The notes under the pieces: generated by a model
What the model was told of the DNA's origin: nothing
Databases searched by the model: none
Seen by the model: the letters and a program-made list of their open reading frames with translations, nothing else
NCBI GenBank assembly: GCA_963693365.1
Contig: CAVNZM010000002.1
Coordinates: 2,062,259-2,126,258 of the forward strand
From: Amoebidium appalachense
Lineage: Eukaryota > Protista > Ichthyosporea
Length of the DNA: 64,000 nt
Direction: 5' to 3'
Program-made: the position numbers and the translations under genes
Part shown: in pieces, positions 1-12,768 of the stretch
Numbering within the stretch: the stretch's first letter is position 1
Layout: every line of letters begins with the position of its first letter

Positions 1-70
1 AATTGCAAGTCACCGACCGGTGATGAACAGCGTGACAGCTGCAGAGCAAATCTAACCCAAAATCGTACGT

Positions 71-219
71 GGGCTGTTTGGCATCCATGGGTTATCTACC
101 CGGCTTAACCCAGGTTTCGGCTGAGATCCGGATTCTGTAGCATAATCTGGATCTCGATTTTGATATCCAGATATCCCCCGAAATCCAGATTACACTAACC
201 CGCGTTGCCAAACAGGCCC
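71..219. mobile_element. PIF/Harbinger (Tourist-like) MITE or element end
   Basis: GGGCTGTTTGGCA at 71 is inverted against TGCCAAACAGGCCC ending 219, which is followed by TTA. Internal ATCCGGAT/ATCTGGAT/ATCCAGAT motifs. Same TIR as the element at 32547-33513. The left TIR lacks one C and has no matching TSD. Confidence 0.65.
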
Positions 220-233
220 TTAGTTTGTACACA

Positions 234-327
234 TGCAACAAGAACTGTTGACGTCTGCTGTGTGTTCTTCTTTTGAACGGTGCAACAAGAACTGTTGACG
301 TCTGCTGTGTGTTCTTCTTTTGAACGG
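234..327. repeat. 47-bp tandem duplication (2 copies)
   Basis: TGCAACAAGAACTGTTGACGTCTGCTGTGTGTTCTTCTTTTGAACGG at 234-280 and 281-327. Confidence 0.9.
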
Positions 328-575
328 TGGTGTGCGGTTTCTCTGTGCCTTGCTCACCGGGCCGGCAGCGGGGGGTGCGGCATGCCAGGAGCTACTACTA
401 GAGAGAAGGGGGGGTATGATTGGGGCCGGGGAGGGAGAATTCAAAAATTGCCCGCTCCTGATATGGTATTTGGGCCATTTTTCAGCTATGTATAGACCGG
501 TTTAGTAACCGCCGCGCCTGATTAGGGAAAAGATAAAAATAGATTTCGGCTCGCGCGCACGTGTGCATCATCAGA

Positions 576-780
576 GGGCCTGTTTGGCAACGCGGAGTTA
601 GCGGCGCCGGCCATACTCCGGAGTAAGATCGATTTTGGAGTTAGGGCTAAAGCGGAATTTCTGAATCCGCGGATGCCAAACAGACGGCCAGGGTTCGAAG
701 TTACGAAAAACAAAATCGGAATTTCCGATATTTGAAAACACACAGTTCCGAAAATCGTCCCGGCCGAATCGGAACGCCCG
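576..780 (+). mobile_element. Left end of a PIF/Harbinger-family element
   Basis: GGGCCTGTTTGGCAACGCGGAGTTA at 576; no nearby right end seen. End coordinate is approximate. Confidence 0.6.
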
Positions 781-784
781 AAAG

Positions 785-829
<45 letters not shown>

Positions 830-1786
830 CCCCCGGGGGGAAGCTTCTCATGACTTCGCAGGTCTCATCATACACGGGGCATACACCACCCACACAAGCG
901 CTGCACACGTACGTACGCGTCTCCCTGTCCCTGTAGAATGTTCAATGGCAGACCCTGACTGCAGCGCCAGCCTAGCACATGTATGTACATGTTGTCACAC
1001 CAAACTGATTTATGCACACACCCACGCGCGCGCACACACACACACACCCATACACACACACACACATTCACACACACACAGCCATGACACCAAATATGCA
1101 TCATAGCCATGCATGGCCACATGAACATACAATGCATATGCCTGCGCATGTATATATAGGCCGGCCTCCACTTCAAAACTTCCCCCCCCCCAGCCTTGAA
1201 ATGGAACCCCATTCCCCCCTCCTCCGCTGCCCACCGTTCCCTCCACCAGTGCTGCCCCTCCTTCTCCCCCCACCGCCGCTCCGGCCTCACCCCTCACCCC
1301 CCCCCCCCCTTCCCCCCCCCCCTCTCAGGCGGATCCCGGGATCCCCCCCTACTACTAGTACCCCTCCCCCCCCCCCCCCCTTCCCCCCCCAGGAAGGCCC
1401 TAAACATGGAATGGATCTAGATGCTCAGAGTCGACGGCCACCAGGTGCAGGTGCCACGTGTATCACGATCAGTGGCACGCGTCTTAAATGGCAGGCAATA
1501 CACACACTGTGCACCACTGTGTTCCGTTCAAAAACACACATGCACATACATACACAGCCGTGACACCACACATGTGACAGCTAGGCTAGTACACGTGCAC
1601 AGGCACATACTATCTCAGATCATGATAACTGTATTACAAACGTGCACATGCATACACCCTGTACAATCACATGCTATGCACCCACGTGCACACACATGTA
1701 CACACAAACAAACACACACACACACACACACACACTTACACTGCACACACACACCATTTACACGGCGCACGCACACACACCCCGTG

Positions 1787-1828
<42 letters not shown>

Positions 1829-1901
1829 GAAACCGTTGGTACAAACACCCACACCCACACTGGCATGTACACACACATACACAGACACACACACCCTGCA
1901 T

Positions 1902-2337
1902 TGTTGTTTTGTGTGGGTAAACGGGAAAGCAGAGTGCACAGATGGGTGTTATGTTATACACAACACAGAGACACACGGGAGAAACACAACCGGAGAGGTG
2001 GAACGATTACTGGGGCCATAAGAAAATGATTCGACTGCTTCATATTTATTTCAAGATGAAGTCTTTTTTATACTTGGGAATGTGAAATCGATAAACCAAT
2101 CAAAAGAACGAAAACTCTATTTTCCAATCAGAAAGACGAAACTATGAGTGTAAAATATATCGATCGAAATGTCTGTCGACACATAGAAGATAAAACGCAA
2201 TCCTCTAATGAAAGTAATATTCTAATAAAAGCACGGAAACATTTAACAAAATGAAACCACTTATGTAACTATTAGTTCACATCATACATTTATACATGTT
2301 CTTAACATAACACATCTAAATATAAGTATTCCTAATA
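1902..2337 (-). mobile_element. Diverged Copia-family solo LTR
   Basis: Starts TGTTGTTTTGT..GGGT..GCAGAGTGCACAGA..GGTGT like the LTR at 6184 and ends TTCCTAATA (TTCCTAACA at 6573). No TSD found. Confidence 0.55.
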
Positions 2338-2798
2338 GTTGGGGAACATAGAGCAATGCTACGGCGTGAGAAAAGAAGGGAAAGGAATGGGAAAGGAATG
2401 TAAGTTACTATATTCGGGATGAAATTAGCCTGATTACACCCCGATTTTTTGATACCGATCACACCCTGATTCGCAAAAAAAATCCCGATCACGCCTGTGA
2501 CCGGGACACCCCGATTCCTTCCCGACCTGCCCTTACCTACTTCCTGCCCTTTCGACTCGGATACTGGAACTTAACCCAAAGTTAAGTACAAAAGAAGGCA
2601 ACTGCAAGAAAGCTGAAGTACACCGTGACTAGCTCGCGCCTTTACTTTGTTACTCGTACCACACACAGTGTGGTGTCAAGTCATGTTCTTCGTCATCACA
2701 CACAGTGTGATGCAAGGTGTGATGCCTGGAGCCTGGAACAGCCCAACAACGGCTATTCAGCTGGGTAGAAAGCACTCACAATATATATAAAAGCAGAC

Positions 2799-3187
2799 TG
2801 TTGTAATACGTAGTATTTACATATTGTAAGATCTTCTCAGTTTGTGTTATGTTTCAGTTCATATGCTTAGTGTAAATGTCACACTCCTATTATGTAAAGT
2901 GTAGCATCGATCTCCGATATGCTTGTATACTTGTAATCGTGTTGTATCGGCTCTAATCGTGTGTTGTAATATCGATTAGAATATTTATATGTGTGTGCAC
3001 GGATCCACCCACTCAGGGAGAGACGTGTACGTGTTCGTGTGTACATAAATATCTCTGGTTATAGTTATGCTATTACTATCTTGTTTGTTGATCTGTGCTC
3101 TCTTTTTCTTCCTCTTTCTCCTTCCTTATTTTCTTTTCTTTCTCTCTTTGTCTTCATGTGTATAATCGTATTTCTTTTCTACTAATA
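2799..3187 (+). mobile_element. Possible further solo LTR
   Basis: Begins TGTTG, is AT-rich, contains TCTGTGCTCTCT resembling the motif near the 3' end of neighbouring LTRs, and abuts the LTR at 3190. Confidence 0.3.
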
Positions 3188-3189
3188 TA

Positions 3190-3723
3190 TGTTAGGTAGA
3201 TTTGTGTTACTTAATACGTGTTCATTGGACGGTAACACACTTAGGCTACACTTAGAATAGCATGTGTGTTTAGACTTCATTAATTTACTTTAGTTTTCAT
3301 GTGTTGCCGGGCTTTAACCAATCATCAAGGTTAAGTGTGATATGTCTGAGTCTTTGCAGTATGTCATAGGTTAGAACTTCCTTGATGATGACACAAGTTG
3401 ACCTTAACTAGTGTCTGTGTCCTATCGTGTGCGTCTCCGCGTACCGGATCTCTCTAAAAGCAATTGGTTCTTAGTGATTGGTTTCTATTAGAGATAGATC
3501 TGATTTCCGACTGGTCGGAAATCATGTATGGATTGGACTTAGAGGAATTTCAGGTATTTATTCGAAGATCAGAATAAATTCAGTTCAGTCGTGTCTAAAC
3601 ATTGATGTCTGTTGTGTACACTGCTCCGATCGTTCCGTGTTTTGTTGTTGTGTGTGTCTGTGGTGTTTTCACACTGCACCACTGTGTCTCTGCTTACCAA
3701 GCAAATACTTATACAATTTAACA
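3190..3723 (+). mobile_element. 5' LTR of Copia element A
   Basis: TGTTA...TAACA termini, followed directly by GGTTATGCAGCCC (copia-type half-tRNA-iMet PBS-like, cf. GGTTATGGGCCCA) and a gag ORF. Confidence 0.75.
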
Positions 3724-3785
3724 GGTTATGCAGCCCTTTTGCACGCTCCCTACACACATCTAGAACTAGCGCTCGTTTTTCAATC

Positions 3786-4619
3786 ATGGATCCAAACAAA
3801 ACTGGCGTAAACAAAATCACCATGTGGAAAGGTGAAGGGAAGACTGGTCCCGATAGCAAAACCACCTATTTTCAATGGGAAATCTTTTTTCTCGGCATGA
3901 TGACCGGCACTAAAGGTGTCCGACTCGTGGATGTTGTACTTGCTGACAACTACGTCCCCCCTACCACCGTCGCGGTTGACGGTGAACCCCCCTTCTATGG
4001 CTACGGCACTACCGCGGAACTCAAGGAGGCCCGCAATTGCCTCCTGCTCCATATGATACAGAACATCGACCCTTCCGTCCTCACCACCGTTGCCCAGTAC
4101 CGTATTGGCATGGACCCTGAACGGGCCATGTGGAAATTCCGTCAACACTATCTCCAAGGCAAACCCGATCAGATCCGCATCCTTCACCGTCAGTGGGATG
4201 CCTGTGCCCTTCAGCCCGGTGAATCATTCACCACCTACCTGAGCCGTCTGCAGACCATCGTGAACCAGCTCCAGTCTCTCCAAGATGAGTCCATTCACTT
4301 CACTCGTCTAGCTGAGAAGGTCTTCAATGAACTCACCACCAGAGACGACCTCACCCCTGAGTTCAACCGTCTTATCGAAGACTATCACTTCGGTGATAAG
4401 CTATTCCCCGACTTCGAGTCCCTCCACAACCACGTCAAGGGCATCGAGTTACGTCAAGACCTCAAGATGCAACTCCGGAGCAACCGTGCCCACCGTGCCT
4501 CCAAGTCCAGCATGGCATTAAATGCCAGTGCTCCCCCCCGTGATCTTCCTCGCCGTGACTTACGCAACCGACTTGACAGAGCAGTGACGGTCCGAGGGAT
4601 GGAGGGACGTATCTCATAG
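3786..4619 (+). pseudogene. gag: Truncated Copia gag (element A)
   Basis: MDPNKT...TYFQWE...AMWKFRQHY...LQPGESFTTYLSRLQTIVNQL is a UBN2/retrotransposon gag pattern, homologous to the opposite-strand gag. It breaks off near 4575 before the zinc knuckle. Confidence 0.8.
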
Positions 4620-6064
4620 TCAGTGATGAAGTACAGTCCATCTGTGCCTGTGAGGGAACACACGATGTTGCCACCACGAGTGTAGAGGTATGATGGGAAT
4701 GCATCCTCATCATCGAGGTGGGCAAGGAGACCCGACTTGGAGGCCATTGAGGGTGATATCAGGAAGGCTGGGGAGTCGGGTACATAGAGGGTGTTGAGGC
4801 TCAGTACTGATGTTACTCCGTTGTAGGTGACGGCCAGGTTGATGACACCACGGTGATGTGCAGTGACGATGCCGAGGCCGTGGACGTCAGTCGGGGGGCA
4901 TGGCTCAAGAGTAGAGAAGTACTCTTTTACTGGGCACACGTGGACGTTTGAAGCCGAGTCCCAGCAGGGGTCCATGGGTAGGGAGGCCGTGGTGGACACG
5001 AGGGCAAAATGCACCTCTTTTCCAGACTTGGTGTTGGCACGGTGACGACGGGCAATTGAGCAGCCAGGTTTGTCACACTGTGTGACATGATGGTCTTCGT
5101 GACAGTAGGCACAGTCGAGGGAGCCAGTGGTCTTGGCTCGGTGTGGCTGGGAATGACGGTTACCCCCTTTACGTGGGGGGTAGGGTGACCGGGAACGATA
5201 GCCGGGGGAACGGGACCGTGAGTAATCACGGTCAACTGAGGGGGATCGATCGGTGGGACGACCGCGGGGGTGACGGGAGACGGAGCTGTCACGTCGGGGG
5301 ATCCGGTGTCTGAGGTCGTCCTTGGTGAGTACACGGCTTTGCAGGGCACGTGCTGTTCGGACGGTGGAGGAGGACCCGGACCCAGAGTCGATGAGACCTT
5401 CACGGATCTCTGCAGCTCTGATGTCACTGATTAGACGGTTGTAGGTCTCGTAGTTAATGGTACGACGGAAGTAGTCGGCAATCATGGCCTGGATGTCGGT
5501 ACAAACTAACTTACGGTTCTTCTTGAGGTGGATGAAGAAGTTATCAACCATAGTCTTGTGAGGAATGGGCTCTTCGAGGATGTGCAGGGTAGTGCACAGA
5601 CGGCGTGCCATGGTGAGGTAGGCCGTGACGGTCTTGAAGTCTTTGAGTTCAAGCTCATGGTAGTCGAGGAGGATTTGACGAGCACGATCTTCACGTTCAG
5701 CCGCATAGGTCATACGGAGGTTGTGGAAAGCTTGGGCAGGTGACACATCATCGTGGATTTGACCAGAGTTATACAGCTCATCATTGGAGACGAGTTGAGT
5801 AAACATCTGTTCAAGGAGGTTGGAAGCCTCGGTGTAGGCCTCCTCAGTGTCGTAGCCGTGCCACTCATTCTCGTCGGAAGGGTCGACCCACTCGGGGGCC
5901 TTGATGACGGGCACTAACTTCAAGTTGGCCGCGGTGGTGGTACGTAGGTACCGGAAGATGACGGGTTCCCACTCATAATAGGTGAGACGTTTGCCGGACT
6001 TCTTGTCCGTGGTGTCATCCCCTTTCCAGGGGGTGAGGTTGAGATACGCAGGTTTCTCCGACAT
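4575..6064 (-). pseudogene. gag-pol: Copia gag-protease (element B), truncated before integrase
   Basis: Gag N-terminus, zinc knuckle CAYCHEDHHVTQC, aspartic protease WDSASNVHVC...LYVP...LIS...GLY. No integrase, RT or RNase H follows. The ORF reads through to 4454 on the antisense of element A. Confidence 0.88.
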
Positions 6065-6183
6065 GGTGATCAATCAGTCAGATGATGCGTGAGAGAGGAA
6101 TCAGATCGGTATTCAAATTTGAATATTTTTGATTGCAGCGAGAGTATGTGTTTGCGAGAGCGTGCGAAAATGGGCCTTTAACC

Positions 6184-6573
6184 TGTTGTTTTGTACGGGT
6201 CTAAGGGAGCAGAGTGCACAGAGGTGTCATGTAAAAACACGACTAACACATTAATGAGAGGGCAATCGGAGTTGTTCACGAGACATTGAAAGATTTCAAA
6301 CAACAACTGAATCTTTATTGTGCTCTCGGTTCCTTTTGTACTTGCGACTTATCACCTTATCACAACTAAAGAGGGAGAACCAATCGGTTCTATCAGAAGA
6401 TAGAAAAACACATTCCGACAGAGCATACGCATTCCAACTTCCGATTAAACTAAAGTGTAGAAACTCTTACTTAAATAAATTAAGTAATTATACATCTAGT
6501 CACTATTAACTCACATATATATTTATGTTCGTCTCTATAAAGAAACTTATTTAAATACATATATTTCCTAACA
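6184..6573 (-). mobile_element. 5' LTR of Copia element B
   Basis: Minus strand TGTTAGG...AACAACA, then PBS-like GGTTAAAGGCCCA (6183-6171), then the gag ATG at 6064. Confidence 0.78.
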
Positions 6574-6932
6574 GTCGACACTCTCAAAGTGAAGAAACTT
6601 TGCAATAAACCGAATTCCATATATATCTATTGTCCAATCACAACACACATATATTAACAGACAGGAATGCACAACACAATCTACAGATGTACTCGCTCGC
6701 GACTATTGGCGAGCCATCCTTTTGAGAACAAACTAGGCCATTTTGAAATAAAGGAAAGACAACGAGTGAGGCTAGCCAATCACGCTACCTCTCAGATAAA
6801 CAGAGGAGAGCAAATAGAAATAAAACACAATAAGTTCTTATCAGGCAAGAGAGCCAGGTGTGCACAGATCTACAGATATCTGTGCCCACAGAAACAAGGG
6901 AGAGAGAGATACGGGGGGGGGGGGGGGGGGGG

Positions 6933-6986
<54 letters not shown>

Positions 6987-7329
6987 GAGAGAGGGAGAGA
7001 GAGAGAGGGAGGGAGAGAGAGAGAGCACAAAGGAGGAAAGCAGACACGAATACAAACAAGCTAGGACACATACATACTTCAAGGCTCTTGCTGTCATACA
7101 TGGTGACGTATTCCAACAAGGTCTCGTGCCAGAAGCTGTTCTGTGGGTAGTTATTGAAAAAACCAATAATGTCTAGGTAACATATGTACATATACTATGC
7201 TACAAGGGGGGTTCTATACGAGCTACAACGTTGTGTTTTTTTCGTGTGACCCTCGTACTTCAGGGGCACATTCACCATCCCCCATAAACTTTGTAGTAAA
7301 TGTCTCGTGCTAGAAGCTGTTCTGTGTCT

Positions 7330-7505
7330 GATGTGTGGATGTCTGTGTATGTTGTGTGTGTGTGCATGTCTGTGTGTGTGTATGTGCTCAGTTGAAAGGG
7401 AAGGGGGGGAGAGGGGGGATGCACCGTGTGTGTGCATGTGTGCACGTGTGTGTGTGTGTGCTCTGTGGAGAGGGAAGGGGAGGGGGGAAATGCACCGTGT
7501 GTGTG

Positions 7506-7541
<36 letters not shown>

Positions 7542-7742
7542 TGTGTGTATGTGTGTGTGCCACAGTGTATGTGTGTGTGTGTGTTGTGTGTTTGTGTGTG
7601 TGTGCATGTCTGTGTGCATCGTGTGTGGTGTGTGTGTGTGTGTGTGTGCATGTCTGTGCATGTGTGCATGTGCTCGGTGGAGAGGGAAGGGGAAGGGGGG
7701 GATTCGTGTCCGTGCATGTGTGCATGTGTGCATGTGTGTGTG

Positions 7743-7783
<41 letters not shown>

Positions 7784-8230
7784 ATGTATGTGTGTGTGTA
7801 TGTGCTCAGTTGAGAGGGAAGGAGAGAGGGGGGATGCACTGTGTGTGTGCATGTGTGCACGTGTGTGTGTGTGTGCTTTGTGGAGAGGGAAGGGGATGGG
7901 GGAAATGCACCGTGTGTGTGCATGTGTGTGTGTGTGTGTGTGCGTGCGTGTGTGTGTGTTGTGTGTTTGTGTTGGTGTGTGCATGTCTGTGTGCATCGTG
8001 TGTGTTGTGTGTGTGTGTGTGTGCATGTCTGTGCATGTGTGCACGTGCTCGGTGGAGAGGGAAGGGGAAGGGGGGGATTCGTGTCCGTGCATGTGTGCAT
8101 GTGTGCATGTGCGTGTGTGTGTGTGTGTGCGTGTGTGTGTGTGTGTGTGCGCATGTATGTGTGTGTGTATGTGCTCAGTTGAGAGGGAAGGGGAGGGGGG
8201 GGATGCACCGTGTGTGTGCATGTGTGCATG
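7330..8230. repeat. Compound (GT)n minisatellite with higher-order duplication
   Basis: Blocks ATGTGCTCAGTTGA..GGGAAGG..GGATGCAC recur at ~7382, ~7800 and ~8169; GGATTCGTGTCCGTGCATG recurs at ~7700 and ~8075. Confidence 0.85.
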
Positions 8231-8274
8231 TTAATGCAAAGTACACACGGGGGAGTCCGTAGAATTGTTTTCCC

Positions 8275-8306
<32 letters not shown>

Positions 8307-8760
8307 CATGATCGGGGAATTTCAGTGTTTTCTCCAGTCCCGCATGCAACATACCAGCCTTCGTATTCAAAAAACCCAAACACCCTTTCCTTTAGCAAGT
8401 AGCTGACTTTCTCACCACCAAACGTAGATGGGGGTGGGGGGGAGTGCCCACGTTCACCCACACATCCCCACGGGCATTTGCCGGGCCCATCAGGGGGGGT
8501 CCAAGAGGGGGGGGGGGGTCATTCTATAGTGTGCATGTGTTGTGGAGGGAATTTGAAACGTGCAAAAACCCTCAGAATGGACGGATTTCGATGCAGTTTT
8601 TTTTGTTTTCCCAATGGGAAGGTACGTTAATGCAAAGTACACACGGGGGAGTCCATAGGATTTTTTCCCGACGGACGGGGGGACGTGATCGGGGAATTTC
8701 AAGAAGAAAAATCTAAAATCTCAATATCTGCCAAAACCCTCCGAATGGACGGGGGGAAAA

Positions 8761-8791
<31 letters not shown>

Positions 8792-9499
8792 GGGGGGAAG
8801 GGGGGGGGGGGGGGGGAGGCATCAAACGTGATGGCTCCCCCCCCCCCCCCCCCCCTCTCCCCGGCGGGCCCCGCCGCTGCGCTGCGGAAGATTACTCTGA
8901 TCTACTCGAATCCTTTTGTCCCAAACACAGGCTTGCAGGATAAGAAAGGCCTGCACCTTGCAAAGCTGGATGCCTATTTTGCATCAGAAGGGAACTTCGA
9001 CCCCAGCCCCAGGCTTGAAGGACGTGGCAATTGCCTAAAGTTCCTGCCGCTACAGCTGCAGTTGTTCCTAGCGGGCTTAACGCCTGCTGAAGCACGGGGG
9101 ACTCCACGGGGAGATCTGCCTCTTCCAGTGAAAAGAAAAATATTCCCATACAACTTGAACAGCTGCTATATTCGACTGCAAGAAGGTGAGGAGGGAGTGT
9201 ATCTTAGGGTGGTGGGGTGTAAGGAGTTTTATGGTCGGCGATCCGCACTGCAGTTTCAGGTATGGTCGGCGTATTTATTCAGGACGTACTGACAGAATAG
9301 TAAGTATAGCTCTAGTATAGCGTGAGGATATTCTTAGGAGCTTCCTAAGGTATGCGATATATATCTTTGCGTTTTTTTGCGTTTTTTGTGCATTTTTATT
9401 TTTATTTTTTAATGTGTTTATTTAGGGTAAATTCAACGCACCGGCCACTTGCTCCGCGCAGGCATTGCACCGTTTGCCAAAGTATCTCGCCTAATTTAT

Positions 9500-10862
9500 A
9501 GGTACCTTAAATATTATTACAACTAAAACTTCTGTATTTGGCAGTTGAATGCCCCAGTTTTACTTACATTATACGGATCATGATTGTAAGATAACAGTGC
9601 TTCGGATTCTGTTTTGCACTCCTCCAGTAAATCTTTGTTTCCATTGGCTATCAAGGCAAACCTTATGATCCTTAACATAGACAAATGTGGTGTTCTTGTA
9701 CCTGATATAGCTAACAATTTACACACATTTACATTATCATCTAAACCTGTACCTATAGTTCCAGAATACAAATATCTTGGTGTTCCGGTTGATTCTGTTG
9801 GTGTTATGTTTCCCCATATGGTCGAAAAGAGGGTAGAGTTGGCTCGTAAGCGGTTAGCTTTCTTCTCGGCTAATATTTTTAAAGACACACCCCTCCATCC
9901 TTCTATTAGACTTACATTTATTCGCACTTTTGTCTTCCCGGCATGTGAATATGGTTTACCCCTTCTCGCCGCTTGGATCAAGAAAGAGAGAACTAGAGCG
10001 CTTAAACCCTTGGCAAATTTCCTTGAAGCAGAAGTTGCCTCCTTTCTATCTAACAACTGTTGTAAACCTGGGCCTGTAACGCTCTCGATATATGGTCTGG
10101 TCCCAATAGCTGCTAGAGTATCCTATCTCGCGCTGAAATTCAATAAGCACATAAGCCGCTTAAAGAAGTATTTGCCCTCCCACCCTCTCTTCTCTATCCG
10201 ACCTGTCCCCTCCTCACCTCTCCCCTCTTTCCTCCCCTCTCTCTCCCCTTCTCCCCTGGGCACAAATACAAATAAACCCCGCAATAGTGTGTGTGTGACT
10301 TTGGACTGCCACTTACTTATTAAACATGTACACAATCACAAGATAATCACGCAATATAACAAATGGAAAAAGATACCACACGACACTAGACCCGATGAAA
10401 GCATACACCTTGAAAAACTAAGCCTTATGTCTCGTTTTATATATACTGACCGCCTCAACCATATTGCCAAATATGGCACTCGCAAGTGTATAACACCTAA
10501 ATACATATTACCTTCCTGTAGAACTGGTCTTTCTCTAGCTGATGGTATTATTGATCAATTACCACGCTTTTACTGTACACGTGCTATACAGTGGAGATCT
10601 AATAAGTATAAGGTGGCATCATTTGCATGCCCAAACAACACACACACACACCAGTTTAACCGGTCATGTATCGCCAAATGTAGTTTGATAGACCACATAA
10701 TACCGCAACACACACACGTCACATTCACAACAGACACCCAGAAAGATAGCCTACCTGTAAATTACAACATCCTTGATTTTATACTAAACACGCGTAACTA
10801 CGACCTGTTTATTAGATGTATTGATTGGCTTGAGAAACACATCACTACAAAATTATAGCGCA

Positions 10863-10927
<65 letters not shown>

Positions 10928-10959
10928 CCAGCTGATACCGAGTGTCCCGAGGGGAGCCC

Positions 10960-10992
<33 letters not shown>
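9500..10992 (+). mobile_element. 5'-truncated non-LTR (LINE-like) retrotransposon
   Basis: ORF 9614-10858 has RT C-terminal motifs LNIDKC and PIVPEYKYLGV plus a thumb-like region and a Cys/His-containing C-terminus. A disrupted YxDD-like segment lies at ~9570-9595. The ORF is followed by (CA)n and an A tract at 10964-10992. Confidence 0.8.
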
Positions 10993-11477
10993 CGGGGAAC
11001 CCCAACTAATTGATTTCTCCTTGTAGTCTTTATGGTGTCTCGTAGAGAAAGTAAACCCTGATATATAGTCACCACCCGACATCTATGTACGTGATCATGA
11101 TATACCGCTGAGGGGATATTCCGAGCAAAACCCCCCCCCCCATACCTGAGACTGGTTCTCTTTGCCTCGAGTAAACAGCGTAAACCCCGCTATCATCTCA
11201 CACGCACCTGCGCGACGCCTTCATGTTTCATGTTTCAATAAAAGCGTGACCTTGTGACGCCTTCATTGTGAATGCTGTGTGAAATTCGATCCTAAAAAAC
11301 AACCAATCAAAAACGTTGGAGTAATCTATCCCACAATCAAATGCGCAATCCCCTTTCCCGCCGTATATATTGAGCTAACCCTCGCATCACGGAACGTGGT
11401 CCTGGGTAATCGGCATTGACAGGGTGGTAAAGAGGCAGTGGCTGAGCTCGTTAGCGATACGTGCTTTGCTTTTGTAT

Positions 11478-12400
11478 CCCAGGGAACACTTAAAGATCAT
11501 CCAAATCGATCCCATTAAACCCTTAAAGAGGTCCTAAAGTAATCCTAACACAATACCTAATTGCAACTCTGAACATCTTTAAGCTACCCCAAATAGGGCG
11601 TGAAGATCGCAGAAAGGTATCACCAATACTTGCCTAAGATTGCGTTAGCATATCACATGCACAGACATGGCCTGTCTTGAAGATATAATTGGGATGGCCA
11701 AAAGCGCTACAAAAGAACTCTCCAAAGATCTCCTTAGATGATCTACTGCCTAGCTGTGATATATCCTGACGACATCCTAACGCAATCAGTTCGTTTCGCA
11801 AATGTTGCATGGCCATACGGGATTAAGAGAGGATAAAGATTGTACTAAGATCTCTGCAGTACATCTTTAACATATCTCTACGCCCATCCCACGAGCGCCT
11901 TGTGTCAACTTACTTGCGTGTATAATGCATCTTACACACATCTATATAATATGTATCGGTATCTCTCATAGACATCCTGTAGAATGAGTGCAGACGTCTT
12001 TAGGACATCTGTTAACTACACCATGTTCCGGGATGATAACAATATGTCCTCAATCCGTCCAGGATATCTTTAAGACGTAATAGACCAGAAAATTCGAAAG
12101 ACGTCTTTAATATATCCCGTATGCATCCGCAACCCATCGGACAATTTAAAGGGGGGTTAAGGACATCCGGACTTGTGCTGATGGGTATAAGTGCACTTCC
12201 AGGTGTCTGTATGACATCTTGTCAGACGACTTTACTACGTCTTTAAGATGTCCACTGTCTTTAATCCATGCCAGACGTATTTAATATATATGGGATATGT
12301 TTCAGACGCCTTGCCATCCTGAAATTCCGGGTTATCCTAAACCCGTCCTAAGCTATCTTTTAGATATATTAACGACGATAGGACGTCCTAAAGTCGTACA
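11478..12400 (+). mobile_element. Putative CMC/EnSpm-type transposon end with subterminal repeat array
   Basis: Starts CCCAGGGAACAC, then ~900 bp of imperfect GACGTC/GATATC/GACATC-TTTAA motifs (e.g. ~11574, 11861, 11994, 12063, 12100, 12237). No matching right end found. Confidence 0.45.
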
Positions 12401-12439
12401 GGACAGGTTTCGGATGGGGGGTCATCTTTGCTGATGTCC

Positions 12440-12747
12440 TCTCCCCTACACCCCCCTTTGAGCCCCTCTTTGCCTTCCCCTCCCCACACCCGTCACCCCC
12501 TCCCCCACCACAAGAGCTACAATCCGCCGTGCTCACCCTACTCGACGATGATGAGGGTATGGCCTCAAGCACAGGCAGCACGGACACGGAAAAGGACGTC
12601 ACCCCATTGCACCCACACCCCCTCATCCCCGACCACCCCATCAAGCTCCAGGCACCCCCTGCCCCCAAGGCCAAAAAAACGACCAGAAAGACCACCAACA
12701 CCCGCAGGCCAAGAAGGGTGCCCGAGGAGAAAGTGTCAACCGACTAG
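12440..12747 (+). pseudogene. 3' fragment of an island gene (Pro/Lys/Arg-rich)
   Basis: Coding-like frame ending 21 nt before the integrase ATG; the 5' end runs into the repeat array. Confidence 0.35.
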
Positions 12748-12768
12748 TAGCGAGCGCAGGAAACCACC

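Noticed and set aside
1902-6573. LTRs at 1902 and 6184 as the two ends of one Copia element
   Set aside because: They are too diverged, there is no PPT next to 2337, and the flanks (TGCAT versus GTCGA) do not match.
6760-7326. Exon-like fragments on the minus strand (e.g. FNNYPQNSFWHETLLEY)
   Set aside because: Splice-like signals are present, but the related copy has stops and no family is recognised.
11478-12400. CRISPR-like array
   Set aside because: Repeats are short, degenerate and irregularly spaced, there are no cas genes, and the context is eukaryotic. The same applies to 20454-20618.
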